A stretch of 64,000 nt of DNA from positions 24,738,001 through 24,802,000 of the forward strand of contig CM059441.1 of NCBI GenBank assembly GCA_030390025.1, read 5' to 3'. Position 1 is the stretch's first letter, and the number at the start of each line of letters is the position of its first letter. Positions 12,401 to 24,968 of this stretch are shown here, piece after piece. Origin of the DNA: Squalus acanthias. Lineage: Eukaryota. The notes under the pieces were generated by a model, which saw nothing but the letters and a program-made list of their open reading frames with translations, did no database searches and was not told the origin of the DNA. Position numbers and translations under genes: made by a program.

Positions 12401-12860
12401 TATTATATATAAAAAAAACCATCACATTAATAAAATAAGTATAGTTAAATAAATTAACCATTTTAAATAAAAAATTAAATTTTTGAAAAAATTTAAAATC
12501 TTTTAAAAAGTTATAAAAATAAACTTACCTGTCTTTAAAGTCTCTAAAAAAGATATACCTGTTAAAAAAAATTCAAAAAAATACTTAATTCACTACTTAC
12601 CTTGTTAAAAGTGGGTCTTACTCCTCCTTTTTCCATTTCTAAAATCTTCCGTACTTACCTGCGCGTCCAAAGCATGAAGTGCACAGCGTGCGCGCAGCCT
12701 GTAGCGCGCACGCAATGCACCGAGGAACCGCCCCCTTTTCAAAAGACCAATTGCCGGTTTTCAGCGCATGCGCAGGGCATGCAGAAAACCGGCAATTGGA
12801 GTGGGAATACGCGAGAGTACGCAGTGCGTACTCTCGCGTCGCGGGATGAATTTTTGGCCC
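12400..12860. mobile_element. Partial MITE-like element
   Basis: AT-rich block then GC-rich imperfect palindrome (TGCGCG motifs) ending GAATTTTTGGCCC. Confidence 0.45.
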
Positions 12861-13448
12861 ATTGTTTTACAAATAGCCAATATGCTAATCTTCCTTCGGT
12901 CGTGAGTGTAGTCAAGTATCAAGTTAGGAAAACACGATAAAACAGAGAGCCTCTTAGATTTCAACAACCGCAGGCAAAATGGAATCCCCATCAAGAATTC
13001 TCCCCTTCCCCCACCAACCACGCTCATTAAATATTAGTAATGGGCTCCATATAATGTCAAACACCTTACCCTCGCCCCATACAAATGAGAGAAATCTTCA
13101 CAATCAGCTATTACTCCGGTTAGGGAGATCTGTTCCTACACTGGAGGATGGGGCCTGTTTTATTTTGCTCCGAACTCTTATTAGTTAGTGCTTGCACACA
13201 AATAGCCTGAGGGTGCATACTCAACCAGGGACTCGGAGGATTTGAGTACTCAACTCACCTGTTCTTTGCTTATTTAATAAGGTATTAATAGTAGATGACG
13301 CCAATTATTTCTTTTCCACAGTTAGTTTGATTGACTCTGGGATTCCCAAGGCTGATCCTATTGAATGCCTTCCACTGTTTGTGTAGATCTGGTTCGGCTT
13401 TAGCTTGAAGTCATGGGTTTCATTTGCCACTCTCTCTTGTGTTTTCAG

Positions 13449-13561
13449 CACCTAACCGGCCACCAAGTAAAATCTCTTGGAAGTCATTCGGCTCCTGGGT
13501 CAGAATCAAGTGGGATCACGTCAAGGCCTTTGAGAATGAATCTGCTGTAGCCGGATACAAG
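13449..13561 (+). CDS. CNTN2: Contactin-2 exon (fourth FN3, first half); absent from ORF track
   Basis: ttttcag| and |gtagag; (P)[37 protein letters not shown]; phase 1 in, 0 out. Confidence 0.94.
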
Positions 13562-13804
13562 GTAGAGTCTGGGAAGTTCCACCTCTAATATTCAGGATCC
13601 ATCCCTAATGCAGTCCTATATACAGCAGCAGAACAGGACTGATTGCTTTTTACTTGAGCTGGACAGTAGGCAGGGTCCTATCCTGCATGTCACTAAGGAA
13701 AGTCAACAACAACTTGCATTTATGTAGCGCATTTAATGTAGGAGAATATCCCAAGGTGCCTCACCGTACCATAAGGGAAAAAAAATCAAATGCCAAGCCA
13801 AAGA

Positions 13805-14190
13805 ATCATAGAATCAGAGAAATTTATGACACAGAAGGAGGCCATTCGGCCCATCGTGTCTGTGCCGGCCGAAAGAGCTCTCCAGCCTAATCCCATTTCC
13901 CAGCTCTTGTTCCATAGCCCTGTAGGTTACGGCACTTCAAGTTCATATCCAAGTACTTTTTAAATGTGATGAGGGTTTCTGCCTCTACCACCCTTTCAGG
14001 CAGTGAGTTCTAGACCCCCACCACCCTCTGGGTGAAAAAAGTTCTCCTCAACTCCCCTCTAATCCTTCTACCAATTACTTTAAACCTATGCCCCCTGGTT
14101 ATTGACCTCCCTGCTAAGGGAAATAGGTCCTTCCTATCAACTTTATCTAGGCCCCTCAGAATTTTATACACCTCAATTAAGTCTCCCCTC
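13805..14190 (-). mobile_element. CR1 3' fragment
   Basis: CR1 ORF2 end and ATTCTATG-type tail on minus strand. Confidence 0.82.
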
Positions 14191-14407
14191 AGAAGGCATT
14201 ATTAGGAGGCGTGACCAAAAGCTTGGCCGAAGGGCTGGGTTTTAAGGAACGACTTAAAGGAGGAGAGGGAGGTGGAGAGGGGGAATGGTTTAGGAAGGGA
14301 ATTCCAGATCAAGGGCTGGAGGGAGTTGAGGAAGTTGCACAGGAGGCGGAAATCAGAGGAACAGAGAGTTTGGGAGTGGGTGTCGGGCTGGGGGAGGTTA
14401 CAGAGGA

Positions 14408-14872
14408 AAAGAAAGTCTTGCATTTCTATAGCGCCTTTCACGACCACTGGATGTCTCAAAGCGCTTTACAGCCAACGAAGTACATTTTGAAGTGTAGTCA
14501 CTGTTGTAATGTAGGAAACGCGGCAGCCAATTTGCGCACAGCAAGATCCCACAAACAGCACTGTGATAATGACCAGTTAATGTGTTTTTGTTATATTGAG
14601 TGAAGGATAAATATTTGGCAGGACACCGGGGATAACTCCTCTGCTCTTCTTCGAAATAGTGAAATGGGATCTTCTATGTCCACCTGAGAGAGCAGACGGG
14701 GCCTCGGTTTAATGTCTCATCCGAAAGACGGCTCCTCCGACAGTGCAGCGCTCCCCTCAGTACTGCACTGGAATGTCAGCCTAGATTTTTGCGCTCAAGT
14801 CTCTGGAGTGGGACTTGAACCCACAACCTTCTGACTCAGAGGCGAGGGTGCTACCTACTGAGCCACGGCTGG
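14408..14872 (-). mobile_element. DeuSINE, full length, inside L2 fragment
   Basis: Complete head, core and tail. Confidence 0.82.
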
Positions 14873-15589
14873 CAGGAAAGGAGAAGTAAGGCCATGAAGG
14901 GATTGAAGTAGAAGAAGGAGAATTTTAAACCTGCGGTCTTGGGGGATAGGGAGCCAATGGTAATTGACAAGAATCCATGCTGGATATTCCCTGCAATTAG
15001 GAGATGTTTGCTCTTACTATTCAGTGTCAACACTGTAACTCCACTATAAAACTCAACTCCTGTGCTGACCTGGGTTTATTTAATTTACTACTGCCCCTTC
15101 TAGACTTCACCATCGCCTTGTGCCATTTTCGGGCTTGCAAATAAATCACTCCCAGGCCTCTGACAATGTTCAGCAGGGGTAACTATCCCAATTATTTTCC
15201 TTCCCTTCCTTATTCTTCGAGGCTGTGCATTCCCAAGAATCCATGATGTCAGGAAGGCACTGCGAAATTTGTCAATGAATTTGATATTGTTTTCTGTAGG
15301 TTTTACTCCAGGGACTCTGCACGATAAGTACAGGCAGTGTCGAGCGTACTCATTATGATCAGCCCCATCCTGTAACAATGCACCTGAGGTCAAGAATTTA
15401 TTGTGTGGGAACACAATGGAGCTTCTGGCAAGGCTCATTGTGCACGACACCTCGTCAGAATGCACTGTGTTCCTCTGTCAGGCCCGAGATTAATGCAGAA
15501 GGTTGGCTGGTGGAGGGGTCGGGGGGTCACAGGACAAGCCTATAAGCAGTGTTGCGCACTATATTGGCCTTGGGTTGATCTAGTAAAGG

Positions 15590-16692
15590 TGTCAGCCAGT
15601 GGCTCAGTTGGTAGCACTCTCGCCTCTGAGTCAAGAAGGTTCAATGAGTTCAAGTCCCACCCCAGAGACTTGAGCACACGATCCAGGCTGACACTGTGGT
15701 GCAGTACTGAGGGAGGTGCAGTCTTTCAAATGAGACGTTAAAGCGAGGCGCTGTCTACCCTCTTGGGTGGATGTAAAAGATCCCATGGCACTATTTTAAG
15801 AGCAGGAGAGTTCTCCCCGGTGTCTCGGCCAATATTAATCCCTTAATCAACATCATTAAAACCGATTATCTGGTCATTATCACATTGTTGTTTGTGGGAG
15901 CTTGCTGTGCGCAAATTGGCTGCCAAGTTTCCCCACATTACAGCAGTGACTACACTTCAAAAGTACTTCAAGGTACAGCAAGCAGTTAGGAAGGCAAATG
16001 GCATGTTGGCCTTTATTGCAAGGGGTTTGGAGTACAAGAGTAAGGAAGTCTTACTACCAGTTGTACAGGGCTTTGATGAGATCACACCTGGAGTACTGTG
16101 CACAGTTTTGGCCTCCTTACCTGAGGAAGGACATACTTGCCTTAGAGGCGGTGCAGTGAAGGTTCACTAGATTGATCCCTGTGATGAGAGGGTTGTCCTA
16201 TGAGGAGAGATTGAGTAGATTGGGCCTATACTCTCTGGAGTTTAGAAGAATGAGAGGTGATCTCATTGAAACATACAAAATACTGAGGGGGGATTGACAC
16301 GGTAGATGCTGAAAGGTTGTTTCCCCTGGCTGGAGAGTCTAGAACTAGGGGGCATAGTCTCAGGATAAGGGGTCGACCATTTAAGACTGAGATGAGGAGG
16401 AATTTCTTCACTCAGAGGGTTGTGAATCTTTGGAATTCTCTATCCCAGAGAGCTGTGGATGCTGAGTCGTTGAGTATATTCAAGGCTGAGATAGATAGAT
16501 TTTTGGAATCGAGGGATATGGGGATCGGGCGGGAAAGTAGAGTTGAGGTCGATGATCAGCAGGCTCGAGGGGCCGTATGGCCTACTCCTGCTCCTAATTC
16601 TTATGTTCTTACGTTCTTATGTTCATTGACTGTAAAGCATTTTGGAACGTCCTAGGGTCGTGAAAGGCACTATTTAAATGCAAATCTTTCAT
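15590..16692 (+). mobile_element. DeuSINE interrupted by CR1
   Basis: Head and core 15590-15970, tail 16623-16692. Confidence 0.8.
15970..16622 (+). mobile_element. CR1 3' fragment nested in a DeuSINE
   Basis: KANGMLAFIARG, FFTQRVVNLWNSL; SINE tail resumes afterwards. Confidence 0.88.
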
Positions 16693-17019
16693 TCTTGAAT
16701 GGGTGGATGATTGGGTGGGGTGGGGGGTAGAAGGCTGTGTGAATGGTGGGTGAATGGATATATGGGTAGCTGGGTGAACAGATGGGCGATGCTGGGTGGA
16801 TGGGTAGGTGGAGTCATTGATGAACATTCACAATCCAACTTAACAGATGTGCTTTCTGTGTCAGCTTGACTCAGTTGGTGGCACTCTCACCCCTAAATCA
16901 GAAGGTCATGGGTTCAAGCTCCATCCAATGACTTCAACACATAATCTAGGCACTCCAGTGAGCAAGTGGGCAACATTGTCAGAGGTATTATCCTTTGGAT
17001 GAGTCATTAAATCAAGACT

Positions 17020-17612
17020 GGGGGCATTGAATACAAAAACAAGGCAGTCATAATTGCCTTTACAAATTGCTGGTTAGGCCTCAGCTGGAGTATTGCGTAC
17101 AATTCTGGGCACCACACTTTAGCAAGGATGTCAAGACCTTGGAGAGGGTGCGGAGGAGGTTTACCAGGATGATAACAAGGATGAGAGAGTTCAGTTATGT
17201 GGAGAGATTGGAGAAGCTGGGATTGTTCTTCTTAGAGCAGAGAAGGTTAAGGAGAGACCTAATAGAGGTATTTAAAATTATGAGGGGTTTTGATAGAGCA
17301 AGTAGGGGGAAACTGTTTCCTCCGGCAAGTGGGTCGGTAACCAAAGCTCACAGACTTAACATAACTGGTAAAAGAACTAGAAGAGAAATGAGAAATGTCT
17401 TCACGCAGAGGGTTGTTAAGATCTGGAACGCACTACCTGAAAGGGTGGTGGGAATCTGATTCCAGAGGAACTTTCAAAATGCAATTGGACACGTACTTGA
17501 AGAGGACTAATTTGCAGGGTTATGGGGAAAAAGCTGGAGTGTGGGACTAAATTGGAGAGCTCTTTCAAAGAGCCGGCACAGGCACGATGGGCCGAATGGC
17601 CTCCTTCTGTGT
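17020..17612 (+). mobile_element. CR1 3' fragment
   Basis: ORF 17067-17459 with LVRPQLEYCVQFW motif. Confidence 0.88.
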
Positions 17613-17791
17613 CGACTGTTTCGACCTGTTCTGGTGATTCCAGTGGACATTAAAGATCCCATGGCACGACTCAAAGAAGAGCAGGAAATGCTTTTGTTGT
17701 CCTGGCCAATATTTATCCCTCAAATCACCACCAAAAAAACAACTCAAGAAGCAGTTCATTGCATGCAAAGCACTTTGAGATGATTCTGAGA

Positions 17792-18220
17792 AAAAGACTT
17801 ACATTTCTAGAGCACCTTTCACAAGCTCAGTGTGTCCCAAAGCGCTTTACAGCCAATGAAGTACTTTTGAAGTGTGGTCACTGTTGTAACGTAGGAAATG
17901 CGGCCGCCAATTTGTGCACAGCAAGCTCCCACAAGCAGCAAAGTGAGAATGACCAGATAATCTGTTTTGATGACGTTGATTGAGGGATAAATATTGGCCC
18001 TTCTTCAAAATAGTGCCATGGGATCTTTTTACGTCGACCTGAGAGAGCAGACGGGGCCTTGGTTTAATATCTCATCCGAAAGACGGCACCTCCAACAGTG
18101 CAGCATTCCACTGGAGTGTCAGCTTAGAGTTTTGTGCTCAAGACTCTGGAGTGGGATTCGAACCCACAACCTTCTGCCTCAGTAGGCGAGAGCGCTGCCC
18201 ACTGAGCCACAGCTGACACG
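17792..18220 (-). mobile_element. DeuSINE
   Basis: Same family, minus strand. Confidence 0.8.
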
Positions 18221-18315
18221 GCTGAGAGATGCGCTACAGAGGGTGTGATAAATGCAAGTCTTTCTGTGTACTCTGTCCTAACAGCTGTACTAATAGAAGC
18301 TGCTCGTTGTTCTAG

Positions 18316-18481
18316 GTGTTGTACAAGCCTGAGGATCAGTCGGCCATCAAAATAATAGAAACCAGCAAAAACTCTGTGCAGCTCCCGCTGCCCGATGACA
18401 TGAGCTACCTGGTGGTGATCCGCGCGTCAGGAGAAGGAGGAGACGGAGCAGCTGCGAAAATCAGAATATCGAAAAGCTCAG
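18316..18481 (+). CDS. CNTN2: Contactin-2 exon (fourth FN3, second half)
   Basis: ttctag| and |gtcaga; VLYKPEDQ...LVVIRASGEGGDGAAAKIRISKSS(G); phase 0 in, 1 out. Confidence 0.93.
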
Positions 18482-18804
18482 GTCAGAACCCAGTCGCAGC
18501 TTTGAGCAGAGACTAGAACCCAAAGGCGAGAAGACTGGCGACAGAGCCAGTGGGAATGGTGTTGTTTGCTCTCAGTACTGGGCTTTGAATCCAGCCCATC
18601 TACAAGGAGTGAAGCTCTCCCCTCTCTGCTACCGCTTGCGATCCTAAAGTGAAATGGGTTTGAGCACACTCAATTCGCTCTCTACCAATTGGTACTAAAT
18701 TGGTAATCGTCCTGAGAAAGCCCACAAAGGTGTGGGAGATCTCACACCCGTCCAGTACGGAGATTCTTCCGAGGTTTGGAACTAAAATGCAATGTTGGGG
18801 CAAA

Positions 18805-19135
18805 GTTACATAGGATTACATAGGATATATGGCACAGAAACAGGGCATTCGGCCCAACCAGTCCCTGCTGGCGTTTATGCTCCACTCGAGCCTCCTCCCG
18901 TTTTTCCTCATCTAACTATCAGCATTTCCCTCTATTCCCTTCTCCCTCATATGCTTGTCGAGCCTCCCCTTAAATGCATCTATACTATTCGCCTCAACCA
19001 CTCCCTGTGGTAGCAAGTTCCACATTCTCACCACTCTCTGGGTAAAGAAGTTTCTTCTGAATTCCCTATTTGATTTCTCGGTGACTATCTTATATTGATG
19101 GCCTCTAGTTTTGCTCTTCCCCACAAGTGGAAACA
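18805..19135 (-). mobile_element. CR1 3' fragment, same subfamily as 8325-8825
   Basis: FPLVGKSKTRGHQYKIVT...; TATGTAATCC tail. Confidence 0.88.
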
Positions 19136-19937
19136 GTGTGTGTGTGTGTGCGTGTGTGTACGTGTGTGTACGTACCATTCCTCTGTGGCTAACCCATGCT
19201 GCACTTCAGAGCAATTGAAGCATACTTGGTTTAGAACTTGCACCTAACTCCTTATACCCAATCTGAGAGTGCTTGCTGCTCATAGTCAGTGTACCTCTTG
19301 GGTCAATGTTCCATTCTCCAAACACTGACATCCCTCATCTGCAAGAAGAAAATTTGCAACGGTTGGGGGTGGCTGGTGGGGGGGGGGAAGTAAAACAGAA
19401 ATAAAGAGACAATCGAGGGGGGCAAGGAAGAGGTCTACACACGTTGAAAGATTAACAGGAGTCCGTGTAGTGGCATGTTTAGCGTTCATCATCTCTGCTT
19501 CGTTAAAAGCTCCCGCACCCTGTCGATATGAAATTGAAAGAAAGGGCCCCTCGTTGGACCACCGAGGCACTGCTGATGCACCCTCACAGGCACGGGCAGC
19601 CTGACCCGACCTCGCGAATGAATCCGTCCCTGCAATTCAGGACGGGTTCTCTAGGTCGTCTAACCTCAGCGGACTTGCAGCCAGCTCCACCGGATTTCCG
19701 CCGGTCAGTACAGCTGACCCGTCGGAAATTTGGCGGCCCCGTCTTTCATTGAGAAGTTACGGTGAAGGACCGAGGCCCAAAGCACAGGATTGTCCTGCAG
19801 GAATGAAAAGAGTAAGATATATAATGAGTCAAATCGAGGAGCGGGGATTAAACATTCATTAAGACACTTTGGCCACGGCAATTCCACGGGGGTTTTCCCG
19901 GAACTTTGGCGGGAAACGGGCGGACTCTCCAGAGAAG

Positions 19938-20295
19938 GAAAGACCTGCCTTTATATTACGCCTTTCACACACTCAGGATGTCCCAAAGCCAATGAAGCAC
20001 TTTTGAAGTGTAGTCACTGTTGTAATGTAGGAAACGCAGCAGCCAATTTGCGCACAGCAAGCTCCCACAAACAGCAATATGATAATGACCAGATAATCTG
20101 TTTTTTGGTGATGTTGGTTGAGTGATAAATATCAGCCAGGACACCGGGGAGAACTCCCCTGCTCCTCTTCGAAATAGTGGCCATGGGATCTTTTACGTCC
20201 ACCTGAGAGAGCAGACGGGGCCTCGGTTTAACGTCTCATCCGAAAAGACGGCACCTCCGACAGTGCAGCACTCCCTCAGCACTGCACTGGGAGTA
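19938..20295 (-). mobile_element. DeuSINE lacking head
   Basis: Core and tail of the family. Confidence 0.8.
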
Positions 20296-20750
20296 TCGGG
20301 GGTTCCTCCAACATTTCCACCGAAGTTCCGGGGAGAGACTGGGAGAGTGGGTTTTTTTCAAGTTACTTTTCAGCCTGATTATGGGCAACTGCCGGGCTCC
20401 TTCTCCCCTTCCCCCTGGACCTCATTGGCGTGTTTGTTTCTCTCTGTCTGCCTTGCTGGCGGACTCTCCTGAGAACAGCCGCAGGTCAGATTACCCTCGC
20501 AGGGAATCTCTAACAGGCCTCAGACAGATTGAATTACCATTACCTCATGCTGCATCGCCAATATGTAATGTCTGCTGGGGCATTCACAGCGTCTTCATCT
20601 GCTTGTAAACATGGGGGAGCGGGGAGGCTCATCTCAATCTCACGCGTTTTTTTATTGGCTTAACTGCTGATGTCAGATGTTTGTAAGAAACAGTATGGAT
20701 TCGTTTAAATGTGCAAAAAACAAGCCGCCACTCACTCTTATCAACAGTTT

Positions 20751-21706
20751 GGGCCCCAATTTTAACTCCCCGGCCAGGAGAAATTGGGCATGGTGGTGGG
20801 GGGGGGGGGGGGGGGGGGGCGGGGGTTTAAAATGAGGGGAACAATTTAACCCCTGTCTTCCCACCGCCTTCCCGCCATGTCCCGATGTTAACCGATGCAG
20901 GGCGCTCGCAGGTAGGCAGCGGGAGTCTCCTTTAAATATGCAGAGTGGGTCCTGATGACAGCAGCAGGGTCCGACTGCGATATTAGTTCGAGACCTGAGT
21001 GGGGGGGAGGTTAGGGGATGGGGGAAGGGCGTGAGGGGTGCGGGGGAAGTGGGGGTGGGGGAAGGGGGTGAGGGGTGGGAGGGAAGTGGGGGTGGGGGAA
21101 GGGGGTGAGGGGTGGGAGGGAAGTGGGGGTGGGGGAAGGGGGTGAGGGGTGGGAGGGAAGTGGGGGTGGGGGAAAGGCGTGGGGGAAGTGGGGGTAGGCG
21201 AAGGGGGTGAGGGAAGTGGGGGTGGGGAAAGTGAGGGTGGGGGAAAGTGGGTTGGGGAAGTACACTGGGGGCAGGGGGGTGGGCGCAGTGACGGCTTCCT
21301 GCTCACACCAGACCTGCCGGGAAGGGGGAATCGTGGGCCAGAAGAGGTAAGACTTTAAATTTTTTATTTTAGGTTTCCTTGTGGCCCAGGAGGGGGTAGG
21401 AGTGCTCCTCCAGGGCCCTACATGGAAGCTTTGGGGCCTCCCTTACCCCAAGATTCCCCCTCTCCCGATCACCTTCGTCCACCTCTTCCCCCACTGCACC
21501 CCCTCACCCCCCCCCCCCCATTCCCCCACCTCCTCTTACCATTTACCAAGCTGTGGGGGTCCGATCCCGGCTGCGGCCTCCTGCCTGCGATATTCCGCTC
21601 CCACCCGCCGACCAAGGTAATGGATCTGGCCAGGGTTCGGGCAGTTCGCCGATGAAAGCTTCGGGGATTGCGCGCACCGTACTCGCCACCCCTTTAAAAT
21701 CGGCCT
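20751..21706. mobile_element. MITE-like element with expanded G-rich core
   Basis: Ends GGGCCCCAATTTTAA / TTAAAATCGGCC; GC-rich body. Confidence 0.5.
21000..21260. repeat. G-rich minisatellite, ~37 bp unit
   Basis: GGGAAGTGGGGGTGGGGGAAGGGGGTGAGGGGTGGGA repeated. Confidence 0.88.
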
Positions 21707-22372
21707 TTAACTGTGTGTGTGTTCAGGCTCTGCCACATAGGGCCAGGCATCAGTCAGTTGTCTGTTTTTACCTGGGAGTTGAAAATTGTACTAAACATAG
21801 TGTGCAGGTTAACAATGTTCACCTCAAGTTCCTGCGTGTTATTGTAATGATGTTCATAACCTATCTAAAATAAACAAGTTAATAACTGTCACGATACAAC
21901 ACGCAGGATCTTGATGCATGTGCTAACCCAGCGCATTAAGAGTAGTCCACACAAGGGTTTGAGGGGCTATTAGACATTCAGTTGTGTCCCCACTGCCACT
22001 GTATCTGAGATTGGCTCCCTCAGCAGAGACCAGGGATGCGAACATATGGCCTTCCTAGTCTGTCTGGCTCACACACACTACGCTGCCTATTTACCCGCTG
22101 TACCATAAGGAAAGCCATCAATCGTTTGCCGTTACCCAATGTACAACTTAAATTCACCGGTCCCTCACTCCCAGTGGGGAGCCAAGGGATCATGAGTCAG
22201 AGATAGGGCTACAACACTGTAGCCCCAATTCCCTGACCCACACTCGCTTGGCGCACACCTCCCTACTCAAAGCCTGGGATCACTGAATTCTCCCGCGCTC
22301 CCCTTTCCATGCACAGAAGTTAACAATGAGAGACCCACAAGCTGTGGGTGAGTGAAGAGTTGATGTTTATCT

Positions 22373-22832
22373 GACCTGTGGCTCAGTGGGTAGCACCCTC
22401 ACCTCTGTCTAGTCTGGAAGGTTGTGGGTTCCAGTCCCACTCCAGAGACTTGAGCACTCCAGGCTGACACTCCCAGTGCAGTACTGAGGGAGGGCTGCAC
22501 TGTCGGAGGTGCCAGCTTTCAGATGAGACGTAAAACCAAAGCCCTGTCTGCTCTCTGAGGTGGGAGTAAAAGATCCCATGGCACTATTTCGAAGAAGAGC
22601 AGGGGAATTATCCCCGGTGTCCTGGCCAATATTTATCCCTCAATCAACATAACAAAAAACAGATTATCTGGTCATTATCACATTGCTGTTTGTGGGAGCT
22701 TGCTGTGCGCAAATTGGCTGCCGTGTTTCCCATATTACAACAGTGACTACACTTCAAAAAAGTACTTCATTGGCTGTAAAGTGCTTTGAGACATCCACTG
22801 GTCGTGAAAGGCGTTGTAGAAGCGCAAGCCTG
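22373..22832 (+). mobile_element. DeuSINE, full length
   Basis: TGGCTCAGTGG A box, B-box-like GGTTCCAGTC, Deu core, tail. Confidence 0.82.
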
Positions 22833-22972
22833 TCGGTCTTTCCTTTCTGTGCTGTGCATGTACGGGAGTTGACACTGAGATGTACAGTCCGGTTTTCTGA
22901 CCCTAACATGCATTGTGACATAGTCTTGCTGGAGCAAGTTTTCTGAATGATAATGTCCTTCTTGATCTGCAG

Positions 22973-23073
22973 GCACCAGCATGATGGTGGACAACTCAGG
23001 GGTGCAAGTCCTCCACAACGTCCTCTTCACTGCCATACTAACACTTACTGCCATTGGCTGCCTGGAGCTCTGA
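22973..23073 (+). CDS. CNTN2: Contactin-2 terminal coding exon, GPI-anchor signal
   Basis: ctgcag| acceptor; (G)TSMMVDNSGVQVLHNVLFTAILTLTAIGCLEL-stop. GTSMMV and IGxLEL* match the CNTN2 C-terminus and identify the paralog. Confidence 0.95.
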
Positions 23074-24655
23074 CTGCGACCACTCACCTGCATCTTTGCT
23101 GCACGCCATTTCCCAGCGGAGGATGGGTCATCCAACACCAAACTGTTTATAGTATTAAAAAAAAAAATGTGACATTTGTCTTACGATTTTAAGTAGAAAA
23201 TTTCATACATTTGGTGACTGGGGAAAGTCTTACTGAAGAAACGTAAAAAAAACTTTTTTTTGTAAAAAAAAATCTGTGTGGAAAGCATCAACGATAAGTT
23301 TTCATAATCTGTTTGGTTTGAAGGTAGTAACCTGGGAAGTTAAATATAGCAGAGACTGAGCTGTATAGAACAATCTTTCTTTTTACTATGCACAGTGCTG
23401 TACATTTGTATATACAACGCATAATCGAAGCAAGAGATCTTGGTTACAGGGTTTCCGAGTCCCAAGGAGATTTTGTGAGGTACCAGCTACTCTGCGGAAT
23501 GTATTCCATTCACGCAGTTTCAAATCTCACTTTTTTTTGGCTCTAGGATCTTGAAGGTTCCTGGGTTTCTCTTTCCATTGATTTCACCAGTGAATCTACT
23601 CGAATGATACTTCCTTCCAAACTGAGCCTCCCCTCCCCCACTTCCCCACTCCACCCCCACAGGTTTTCCTTCTGAACCCATTGAGATAACATCCATGGGT
23701 TGTCATGGGTGGGCATCAATAGATTGGGTGAACTGTTTCATTGAGCTTGATCTTTGAGCAGATGCAGGATATTTCTGTGGCTTGGTCTGCACTTCCTTGC
23801 CAAGGCCAGATCTGGAAGGTGTCTGTAGGTCCTACCTGGGTCAGCAATATTGAATGTGGGCAAATCTTTGTTAGGCAGTGGGGTATTAAGGGTTACGGAA
23901 CCAAGGAGGATAGACGGAGTTAAGATACAGATCAGCCATGATCTAATCGAATGGCGGAACAGGCTCAAGGGGCTGAATGGCCTTCTCCTGTTCCTATGTT
24001 CCTTCCTATGTGCCTGAACGTTGGAGCAGGTCCTGACTCAGGAACTTTAGGAGCCAGATGGAGGGATCGCAGAATTGGCTATGTCAATAAATCTGCCACC
24101 CGTAGCTCATCTGTATAGAATCAGAGTCATTCAGTGATCATATCTATTGACCCCCAAAGACTCTTCTTCTGTTTGGATAAGCAGTGTTGGGGGAATATTC
24201 TGATTGCTAAAGTAGTAAAGAAAAAATGAAAATGTACTAGTTTGTAACTGAGTGAAGGTGACCTAAGTGAAGGGACAAGATCACCGAGTTCCGATCTGCC
24301 CACACTCAACTACAACCTAAAGCAGCAATGTGTATTTGATATTGTTAGCCAATCACATCATCAAGAGACTTTTTTTTGGTCCAGATTACATGGTATGTCT
24401 CACACTACATCACACCACCATTTTGATATCATCTGATGTCCTTAATCCACCTCAACCCCGCCTTCAATCAAAATGGAAGGCAGCATAGCAACCAATCAGA
24501 TGTTGACGTTCAAGATGAGATGTGATTGAGTAACAAATCAAATAATAGTGTCATTACTGCAACGAAACAGTGATTAGCTTTTGGCCAGCCTTGTAGTGTA
24601 TTGGCTGTTCGTGCCTATTTGGCTCCATGTGTGGAATTGGTTGTCAATCACCATT

Positions 24656-24968
24656 GGGGAAGAGTAGGGTAGAGGTGGGAAGGGAAGGGTAGGGAAGAGT
24701 AGGGTAGAGGAAGGGTAGGGTAGAGGAAGGGGAAGGGAAGGGTTGGGTAGAGGAAGGGGAAGGGTTGGGTAGAGGAAGGGGAAGGAGAAGGGAAGGGTCG
24801 GGTAGATGAAGGATAGGGGAAGGGTAGGGTAGAGGGAAGGGAAGGGTAGAGGGAGGGGAAGGGTAGGGTAGAGGGAGGGGAAGGGAAGTGTAGGGTACGG
24901 TAGGGAAGGGTAGGGTAGAGGGAGGGGAAGGGAAGTGTAGCATAGGGTATGGGAAGGGTAGGGTAGGT
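24656..24968. repeat. Purine-rich GGGAA/GGGTA/GAGGA pentamer array
   Basis: Direct inspection. Confidence 0.9.

Noticed and set aside
22947-23192. 81-aa ORF over the last exon
   Set aside because: Wrong frame; the CNTN2 frame gives TSMMV...LEL-stop.
24345-24535. Short inverted repeat AATCACATC/GATGTGATT in the 3' UTR
   Set aside because: Too short and degenerate; probably an old MITE remnant or chance.
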